64,000 nt of DNA, taken from a bacterium (GTDB taxonomy: Bacteria; UBA8248). The notes beneath the pieces are model-generated. The model was not told the DNA's origin and made no database searches. It worked only from the letters and a program-made list of their open reading frames with translations. This document shows, in pieces, positions 56,855 through 64,000 of the stretch; within the stretch, counting starts at the first letter, position 1, and each line of letters starts with the position of its first letter. The position numbers were made by a program, and so were the translations under genes. The DNA is taken from NCBI GenBank assembly GCA_965207065.1, contig OZ242260.1, positions 1,984,001 through 2,048,000 on the forward strand. Direction: 5' to 3'.

Positions 56855-57991
56855 ATGAAGCGGAGCACCCAAAGAATACTCACGACCCACACGGGAAGCC
56901 TGCCACGCCCTCAGGAAGTGGTCGATCTGTTGCTGGCCCAGGAGGAAGGCGGCGCGGATTCCGACGCGTTCGAGGCCGCCGTGGCGCGCGCCATTAATGA
57001 CGTCGTGGAAAAACAGGCGGCGGCGGGAATCGACGTCATCAACGACGGCGAGCAAGGCCGGCCCGATTACACCTCCCACGTCAAGCACAGGCTGACGGGC
57101 TACGAGGGGCCGAGTTCGCCCCCGCTCGGCACGGGAGAGGAAGGTTTCCCCGAACTCTCCGATATTCTCTCCCAATTCGCCTCCCCCCTCCAGAACCGTC
57201 CGGCCTGCTCAGGCCCGGTGGGCTGGAAGGACTGGCCCGCCGCCCAGGCGGACATCGAGCGCGCGAAGAGCGCCTTGGGCCGCACCGATACGGAAGAAGC
57301 GTTCATGACTTCTCCCTCGCCGGGCCAGATTTCGCGCTACCTCAGGAACCTCTACTACCCGAGTGAAGAGGAATACATATTCGCGCTCGCAGAGGTGATG
57401 CGACGCGAATACGAGGCGATTGTGGATGCGGGCCTGCTCCTGCAACTCGACTGCCCCGACTTGGCGCTGAGCCGCCACACCGTGTTTCGCGATTTGAGCC
57501 TCGCGGATTTTCGCAAGGAAATCGAGATGCACGTCGAAGCCCTGAACCATTCGGTACGGAATATCGCGCCCGAGCGCATGCGCATGCACATCTGCTGGGG
57601 CAGCACGCTGGGGCCGCACCATGAGGACGTTCCGATCAAGGACATCATTGACATCGTGCTCAAGGGAAAGCCCTGCGCCGTCTCGTTTCCCGGCGCGAAC
57701 CCCCGCCACGGCCATGAGTGGAAGGTATGGCGCGAAGTCGATTTGCCGGAGGGCAAGAGCATCATCCCCGGCGTGATCGATTCGACCTCGAACTTCGTGG
57801 AGCACCCCGAACTGGTGGCGGAGCGCATCGTGAACTACGCCGAGGCGGTGGGCCGCGAAAACGTGATAGCCGGCGTCGATTGCGGCTTCGGCACCTTCGC
57901 CGGCCGCGTCCAGGTGGACCGCCGCATCGTGTGGATGAAGATGGCCTCTCTCACAGAGGGCGCGGCCCTTGCGTCTGAAACGCTCTGGTAG
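56855..57991 (+). CDS. Cobalamin-independent methionine synthase II-like (single-barrel MetE family) protein
   Basis: TTHTGSLPRP, NDGEQ, LQLDCPD, MHICWG, VDCGFGTF. Confidence 0.85.
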   Translation: MKRSTQRILTTHTGSLPRPQEVVDLLLAQEEGGADSDAFEAAVARAINDVVEKQAAAGIDVINDGEQGRPDYTSHVKHRLTGYEGPSSPPLGTGEEGFPELSDILSQFASPLQNRPACSGPVGWKDWPAAQADIERAKSALGRTDTEEAFMTSPSPGQISRYLRNLYYPSEEEYIFALAEVMRREYEAIVDAGLLLQLDCPDLALSRHTVFRDLSLADFRKEIEMHVEALNHSVRNIAPERMRMHICWGSTLGPHHEDVPIKDIIDIVLKGKPCAVSFPGANPRHGHEWKVWREVDLPEGKSIIPGVIDSTSNFVEHPELVAERIVNYAEAVGRENVIAGVDCGFGTFAGRVQVDRRIVWMKMASLTEGAALASETLW

Positions 57992-58011
57992 GCGCTTCCA
58001 GAAGCTATCCT

Positions 58012-59396
58012 CTATTCGGCCACTGTGTGGCGGATGAGTGTTTCCGCCTTCTGTTGCGCTTCCAGCGTGCGGCAGGTTTCGATGATTTCCTGATAGCGAT
58101 TCTCCGGTATGGGAAGACCGGGGGCGATACCCCCGGTGCGGTTCGCGAGTTCATCGAAGCTGAAGATGAACTCCCGACCGGTGGCCTGTCTGGTGAAGAC
58201 GCCTCTTTCTTTGGTGTAGATGCTCACCCTAGGGGCGAAAAGACCCATCTCGCGGGAGGGGATGATTCTCACGCGCTTCATCATCTCGAGCACCTCGGGT
58301 GGATCGTCCTGGCCTGGGGGCTTGTTCAGAAGCGGATAGCCGCGCTCCACGACGCCGAAGGCCGCGTAGTAATGCGTTCCGCCCGGGCGCGGTTCGCCGT
58401 CTTCTCTGCGGTTCGCGAAGGCGGGGCTCGGGTATTGGGTCTCCAGCCAGTTCACTTCCGTCTCCACGCGCACGACTTCTTCGGGGCGAATGTCGTTCTC
58501 TTCGCAGAGGCTCGCCGTCACGTCGATGTGGGCGAGGTTGTAGCCCGAGGCGGAATAGATACGGAACAGCGTTTCGAGAAAAAGCCACTCCTCCCCGAGA
58601 CCCTCGGTAATCTTATCCAGGCTCGTTTTCGTATCGCCCGTGAAGCTGTAGGTCAGGCGTCCTTCGTTGTTGCCTGTGTAGGCGTGATAGAAGCCGGCTT
58701 CTCCCTCCAGCACCGTCTCCCCGCCGATGTGACCCCGCTCGGCGAGGTCCGCCGCCAGGAGAGCGTTTCGCACGGCGCCTCCCTCCCTCAGCGCCTGCCC
58801 CCGCTGCGCGGGCCTTCCAGATTTCCGCTCGCGAGACTCGCGCAGAGCGCAATCGCGCTGTTCATTTGCTCCTCGTCCAATCCCATGATTTTCCCGGCGG
58901 CGACGGCGGCCCCGAAAATCCCGAAGACGGGCCCCGCGTGAAAACCGCGCGACATCACCGTGGGGATGAAGTCCGACGCCAGACGCTCCATGACCTCATA
59001 GCCTGCGGCGACGCCCGTCAGGAATTCCTCGCCCGAGGCTCCCCGCGCTTCCGCAGCGGCGAGGGCGGCGGGAATGATGCTGGTGCCCGGGTGGGTGAGC
59101 ATGCGGAAGGTATCCCACTTGCCGCCCGCCAGGGCCATCTCGGAGTTGGCGAATGCTGCGCCCCCTTTCGTCGCCATGGCCCCTTTCACCATGATGGTCG
59201 CGCCGTTACGGACACCCGCTTCTTCTTCTGTGATGAAGGCGACGGCCCTCCGCCCGTCTTCAGTTCGAGACCCCAGAAGTGCGGAGCCGATGGCTTGTAA
59301 TGTGACGCCCCTGGCGCGATCGACGACTTGCGCCGGCAGATCCTCGAAGCGAAGCCCCGCCGCCCACCTTGCGAGTCGGCGGCTTATGGACGGCAT
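58012..59396 (-). pseudogene. MmgE/PrpD-family protein split by a single-base frameshift (~58795)
   Basis: LARWAAGLRFEDLP, THPG, GYEV, RGFH. Restoring one G in AGG(G)CGCTG joins EGPRSGGR-ALREGGAVRNALLA with the second ORF (LEGEAGFY). Confidence 0.8.
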
Positions 59397-59501
59397 CTTG
59401 CCGGCCTCCTCGAAGGTGTGGGATGTGTCCTGAAATGTAGGAGTTGCCCGGCATCCGGGGGGTGGATAGCGGAAATTTTGGTCATGAAGTAGCCAATCCT
59501 C

Positions 59502-59577
59502 GAAACATGGGCGAAACAAAACAGAAACGACAATTTAACCGAACCGCAAGATTCCCGTAAAGAAACCTCTTTATATT
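59502..59577 (+). promoter_or_regulatory. 11-bp-periodic direct-repeat operator (GlnR/OmpR-like) upstream of urtA
   Basis: GAAAC 59502, 59513, 59524; TTAAC 59535; GCAAG 59546; GTAAA 59557; TATATT 59572. Confidence 0.6.
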
Positions 59578-59668
59578 TCTATCCTGTCATCGAAGATATT
59601 CAGTGTTCAATTTTTCTGGCTGCGCGAGGCGGCCGCTTCAACACAGAAAAGAAGGGGAGATTGAGAGA

Positions 59669-60997
59669 ATGAAGAGCAAGAAGAAGTTAATGAGCGCGGA
59701 AAAGCTGTCCCGCAGAAAATTCCTGAAGAAAGCTGGAGCGATGGGGCTCGGCGCGGCGGCGATGAGCACGCTCCCGTTCCCGAACGTGATTCGGGCGGCG
59801 GAACCCATCAAAATGGGTATTCTGCATTCTCTGAGCGGAACCATGGCGATCAGCGAGGTTTCGCTGCGCGACGTGGTCATGATGGCCGTGGAGGAGATCA
59901 ACTCGGCGGGCGGCGTGATGAAGCGCCCCATCAAGCCCGTGGTTGTCGATCCGGCGTCTGACTGGGATTTGTTCGCCGAGAAGGCGAAGCAGCTTCTCCT
60001 GAAAGACAAGGTGGACGTGACGTTCGGCTGCTGGACCTCGGTGAGCCGGAAATCCGTTCTTCCCGTATATGAGAAGAACAACGGCCTTCTCTTCTACCCG
60101 GTGCAGTACGAGGGGGAGGAGTGCTCGAAGAACGTCTTCTACACGGGCGCGACGCCGAACCAGCAGTTGATTCCCGCAGCGGACTACATGATGAGCGAGG
60201 ACGGCGGCGGGTTCAAGAAGTTCTACCTGCTCGGCACCGACTACGTGTTCCCGCGCACGGCGAACAAGATACTCCGGGCCTTCCTGCTGGCGAAGGGCGT
60301 ACCGGCCTCGAACATCATGGAAGAGTACACGCCCTTCCATCACCAGGATTACCAGACCATCGTGGGCAAGGTGAAATCGTTCGCCTCGGGCGGCGACGCC
60401 GCCGTGCTCAGCACCATCAACGGTGACAGCAACGTGCCCTTCTACAAGGAGTTCGCGAACCAGGGCCTGCGCTCCGAAGACGTGCCCATCATGGCGTTCA
60501 GCGTGGCGGAGGACGAGCTTCGCGGCATGGACTCGAAATCGCTCGTCGGGCACCTGGCCGCCTGGAACTACTACCAGTCGATCGACACGCCGCAGAACAA
60601 GAAGTTCGTGAAGAATTTCAAGACCTACTGCAAGAAAATGGGCCTGCCGGGTGGCGCCAGCCGCGTGACGGACGACCCCATCGAGGCGGCCTACCTCGGC
60701 GTCTACATCTGGAAGCAGGCGGTGGAGAAAGCGGGCACCACGAAGGTGGACGACGTCCGCAAGGCGGCTTACGGCATGGGCTTCGAGGCGCCGGGCGGAT
60801 TCAAGAAGATCGACGAGAAGAACCACCATCTGCACAAGCCCGTGCTCATCGGGGAAATCCTCAAGAACGGGCAATTCGAAATCGTCTCGCAGACGAAGGG
60901 CCTCGTGAAGCCCGAACCATGGAGCAAGTACACGAGTCCGGACAAGAGCTGTGACTGGGTAAATCACCAGGGTACATATAAGAAGACGACGACCTAG
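59669..60997 (+). CDS. urtA: Urea ABC transporter substrate-binding protein (Tat signal)
   Basis: SRRKFLK; GILHSLSGTMAISE, FGCWTSVSRKSVLPV, YPVQYEG, DYVFPRTAN. Confidence 0.93.
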   Translation: MKSKKKLMSAEKLSRRKFLKKAGAMGLGAAAMSTLPFPNVIRAAEPIKMGILHSLSGTMAISEVSLRDVVMMAVEEINSAGGVMKRPIKPVVVDPASDWDLFAEKAKQLLLKDKVDVTFGCWTSVSRKSVLPVYEKNNGLLFYPVQYEGEECSKNVFYTGATPNQQLIPAADYMMSEDGGGFKKFYLLGTDYVFPRTANKILRAFLLAKGVPASNIMEEYTPFHHQDYQTIVGKVKSFASGGDAAVLSTINGDSNVPFYKEFANQGLRSEDVPIMAFSVAEDELRGMDSKSLVGHLAAWNYYQSIDTPQNKKFVKNFKTYCKKMGLPGGASRVTDDPIEAAYLGVYIWKQAVEKAGTTKVDDVRKAAYGMGFEAPGGFKKIDEKNHHLHKPVLIGEILKNGQFEIVSQTKGLVKPEPWSKYTSPDKSCDWVNHQGTYKKTTT

Positions 60998-61104
60998 TCG
61001 CAAGAACCGCCCGGGGGGAGCCGCGCCGCGGCTCCCCCATGGGCGGCCCAAAAAAAGAATATGTGAATCGCAAATACCGGCCAGAATACGGCGAAGGAGG
61101 GGGT

Positions 61105-62835
61105 ATGCAGCAAGCCGGCGTTAGTGCGATTCCGCGTGGAGGGTCGGCGAGAGCATTCATATCTCGCGTCCTTATTCTGGTTTTCGCGCTCGGCTTTGGT
61201 TTGGCCGCAAGGGGAGAAGCGCAAACCGAATCATTTTCACCGGCCATCCAGGCGGAAATCGCGCAGTTAGGATCGAAGAACAGAAAGAAAAGAAGACGCG
61301 CTGCCCTCGGTCTCGCGAAGCGCCTCGAGCCAAAGCTGCTACCCCTTCTTTTGGCGCTTCGCGAGGGCAGCCTTTATCGCTGGCAGCCTGAATCGGGCGA
61401 GGCCCGGTTCGTCATCGGCGGAGACGCCGTGACGCGCGGGGATGAAGAATACGTTCCCCTCTTCTCGATTCACGGGAAAAAACCTCTCACCTCCCCGGAC
61501 GGGAATCCCTTTTTCGTTATCGAGGGAAAGCTCAACAAGATTCGCGCGGGCAGAAGAATCCGCCGCGCCATCAAACCCTATCTCAACCAGCTGCAAAGCT
61601 CGGCGCAACTCTACTCCGCCGACCCGAACGTACGCCGCGCGGCGGCGACGCGTATGGCGAGGTTGGGGGATAAAAACCTGATCCCGCTGCTCGACAAGGT
61701 ACTGAAGAGCGAAACCCACTGGCTGGGACGTCATGCGCTCATCGAGGCGAAGGCGCTGATAGGGCTCAAATCGCCGAGTCCAGAAGACAGGCGCTCGGCC
61801 GCCGCCGTGCTCGGTGAGGTTCATGGGCTGAACGCCGTCTCACAACTCAAGCGCCTGGCGGATAAGGACGCCGACCCCGCCGTGCGGGCGGCATCCAGCG
61901 CTGCCATCAAGGAGATAGAGGGCTATCTGAACTGGACCGCGACTATCGACACCTTGTTCCGGGGCTTGAGCCTGGGCTCGATCCTGTTGCTGATGGCGCT
62001 GGGGCTGGCCATCGTCTTCGGCCTCATGGGCGTAATTAACATGGCGCACGGGGAACTGATGATGCTGGGCGCCTACGCCACCTTCATCATCCAGGGCGTC
62101 TTTATCTCTTATATGCCGCAAAATTACTTTGGCTGGTATTTCATCCTGGCGCTACCCGTCGCTTTTCTGGCTTCGGCCCTGATGGGCTATCTCATGGAGA
62201 TTTCCATCATCCGTTACCTGTACGGCCGGCCGCTAGAGACGCTGTTGACCACCTGGGGGATCAGCCTGATTCTCCGGCAAGCCGTCCGCCAGGTGTTCGG
62301 CGCGCAGAACGTGGACGTGAAATCCCCCGAATGGCTGAGCGGGGGGTATCACCTGATGGTCGGCGTCCAGTTTCCCTTTAACCGCATGTTCATCATCGCG
62401 CTGGCCGTCTTCTGCGTGGCGGGCACGTATCTGTTCCTGTTCCGCACGCGAGCGGGTCTGCGGATTCGCGCCGTCACCCAGAACCGGGGCATGAGCACCT
62501 GCCTGGGCGTTCCCTCCCGTCGCGTGGATGCGGGCACGTTCGCCTTCGGCGCGGGGCTGGCGGGCATGGCGGGCGCGGCCCTGAGCCAGGTGGGAAACGT
62601 GGGGCCCGACCTGGGGCAGAACTACATCGTGGATTCGTTCATGGTGGTGGTGACGGGCGGCGTGGGCAAGATTCTGGGTACCATCGTGGCGGGCTTCGGC
62701 ATCGGCGGCATGAACAAGATGCTCGAGCCTGCGATGGGCGCGGTGTTCGGCAAGGTGGTGATTCTGGTTCTGGTGATCCTCTTCCTGCAAAGAAGGCCGG
62801 AGGGGCTGTTCGCCATCCGCACGAGAGGGGCTTGA
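61105..62835 (+). CDS. urtB: Urea ABC permease with N-terminal HEAT-like periplasmic domain
   Basis: GLAIVFGLMGVINMAHGE, RPLETLLTTWG, YIVDSFMVVVTGG. Confidence 0.92.
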   Translation: MQQAGVSAIPRGGSARAFISRVLILVFALGFGLAARGEAQTESFSPAIQAEIAQLGSKNRKKRRRAALGLAKRLEPKLLPLLLALREGSLYRWQPESGEARFVIGGDAVTRGDEEYVPLFSIHGKKPLTSPDGNPFFVIEGKLNKIRAGRRIRRAIKPYLNQLQSSAQLYSADPNVRRAAATRMARLGDKNLIPLLDKVLKSETHWLGRHALIEAKALIGLKSPSPEDRRSAAAVLGEVHGLNAVSQLKRLADKDADPAVRAASSAAIKEIEGYLNWTATIDTLFRGLSLGSILLLMALGLAIVFGLMGVINMAHGELMMLGAYATFIIQGVFISYMPQNYFGWYFILALPVAFLASALMGYLMEISIIRYLYGRPLETLLTTWGISLILRQAVRQVFGAQNVDVKSPEWLSGGYHLMVGVQFPFNRMFIIALAVFCVAGTYLFLFRTRAGLRIRAVTQNRGMSTCLGVPSRRVDAGTFAFGAGLAGMAGAALSQVGNVGPDLGQNYIVDSFMVVVTGGVGKILGTIVAGFGIGGMNKMLEPAMGAVFGKVVILVLVILFLQRRPEGLFAIRTRGA

Positions 62836-62841
62836 TACGTT

Positions 62842-64000
62842 ATGCCGGGTGAAACTCTGGTGGACAGGATGGAGAAAAAGGTCGGCGGCGTCATTCTCGT
62901 GATCGCGGCGTTCTGGTTCATCGTCGCGATGCCCTCGCTGAACGCCTTCGGGACGCCGGGCTCTTTCTTCCACGTCTCGGATTTCACGCTCAACCTGTTC
63001 GGAAAATTCCTGGCCTATGCCATTCTGGCGCTGGGCCTCGATTTGATATGGGGCTACACCGGCATCCTGAGCATGGGCCACGGGGTATTCTTCGGCCTGG
63101 GCGCCTATTGCATGGGCATGTACCTCACGCTCGAGATCGGCGGCGAGGGGGTCTACCAGAGCAAGCTGCCCGACTTCATGGTCTGGAACCAGGTGAAGGA
63201 GCTGCCCCTTTTCTGGAAGCCGTTCCACTCGTTTTTCTTCACCACGCTCGCGGTCGCGCTGGTGCCGGGCGCGCTGGCGGCCGTCTTCGGTTTTCTCGCA
63301 TTCAGGACGCGGGTCCGCGGCGTGTACTTCGCCATCATCACGCAGGCGCTGGCGCTCTCCGCCTGGCTCGTCTTCAACCGCAACGAGGTGAACCTGGGCG
63401 GCACGAACGGCCTCACCAACTTCAAGAAGGTGCTCGGCTTCACGCTCACGGAAGTGTCCACGCAGCGGGGGCTATACATCGTAACCGCGCTTACGCTTTG
63501 CGGCGCGTACCTGCTCTGCCGCTGGATAGTGAAATCACGCGCCGGGAAGATTCTTCTGGCGATCCGGGACGCGGAGAACCGCGTGCTCTACTCGGGCTAT
63601 ACACCCGCGAACTACAAGGTGTTCGTCTTCTCCGTATCCGCCATGCTGGCGGGGGTCGCCGGCGCGTTGTACGTGCCCCAGGTGGGCATCATCACCCCCG
63701 GGCGGATCGGCGTGCTTCCCTCCATCGAGATGGTCATCTGGGTGGCGGTCGGCGGGCGGGGGTCGCTCATCGGCGCCGTCATCGGCGCTATCGGGGTGAA
63801 CTGGGCGCGGAGCTACCTCACGTCGAGTTACCCGGATTACTGGCTCTATTTCCTGGGCGGCATATTCGTCCTGGTCGTTCAGTTCTTTCCGGACGGAATC
63901 CTCGGCGTGGTGCGCGATGCGCCACGCAAGCTGGAAAGATGGATCCGACGAAAAGAGCGCGTGGCGGCGGATGAGAATCTCGCAGCCTTGCGCAGCGAAG
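62842..64000 (+). CDS. urtC: Urea ABC permease (3' end runs off the window)
   Basis: Translated by hand: GKFLAYAILALGLDLIWGYTGILSMGHG, LPDFMVWN, GVYFAIITQA, GGTNG, LYVPQVGIITP. No stop seen before 64000. Confidence 0.9.
   Translation, partial: MPGETLVDRMEKKVGGVILVIAAFWFIVAMPSLNAFGTPGSFFHVSDFTLNLFGKFLAYAILALGLDLIWGYTGILSMGHGVFFGLGAYCMGMYLTLEIGGEGVYQSKLPDFMVWNQVKELPLFWKPFHSFFFTTLAVALVPGALAAVFGFLAFRTRVRGVYFAIITQALALSAWLVFNRNEVNLGGTNGLTNFKKVLGFTLTEVSTQRGLYIVTALTLCGAYLLCRWIVKSRAGKILLAIRDAENRVLYSGYTPANYKVFVFSVSAMLAGVAGALYVPQVGIITPGRIGVLPSIEMVIWVAVGGRGSLIGAVIGAIGVNWARSYLTSSYPDYWLYFLGGIFVLVVQFFPDGILGVVRDAPRKLERWIRRKERVAADENLAALRSE

Overview
A 64-kb, GC-rich (roughly 60%) bacterial chromosomal window dominated by nutrient scavenging. 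It carries a carbohydrate ABC operon, phoBR-pstSCAB-phoU, a family-5 (peptide/nickel) ABC operon without ATPases, a TRAP system, a ferredoxin-type nitrate assimilation operon (nirA-NRT2/NarK-narB), a hydantoinase B/A-LLM-arylCoA ligase catabolic cluster, a NitT/TauT ABC operon, three glycosyltransferases, tctCBA with a MetE-like gene, a frameshifted MmgE/PrpD gene and urtABC, which runs off the right end. The first 6.6 kb is a rearranged accessory patch. It contains a TbpB/Slam-substrate-like surface lipoprotein and an inverted pseudogene paralogue, an IS256 remnant, a collapsed duplicate of the sugar ABC operon in which only the last permease is intact, and a 10-unit, ~45-bp degenerate tandem array beside an AT-rich tract. 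Hidden structure I could read directly: two tandem Pho-box arrays flanking a structured leader upstream of pstS; GlnR-like 11-bp-periodic GAAAC/GTAAC arrays upstream of both nitrogen operons (nirA and urtA); two related antisense single-TM coiled-coil orphan genes, one with a 150-bp tandem repeat; and a family of GTAG-type REP palindromes. I saw no rRNA, tRNA, CRISPR array or intact transposase. All functional calls come from motif recognition by eye, not database searches.
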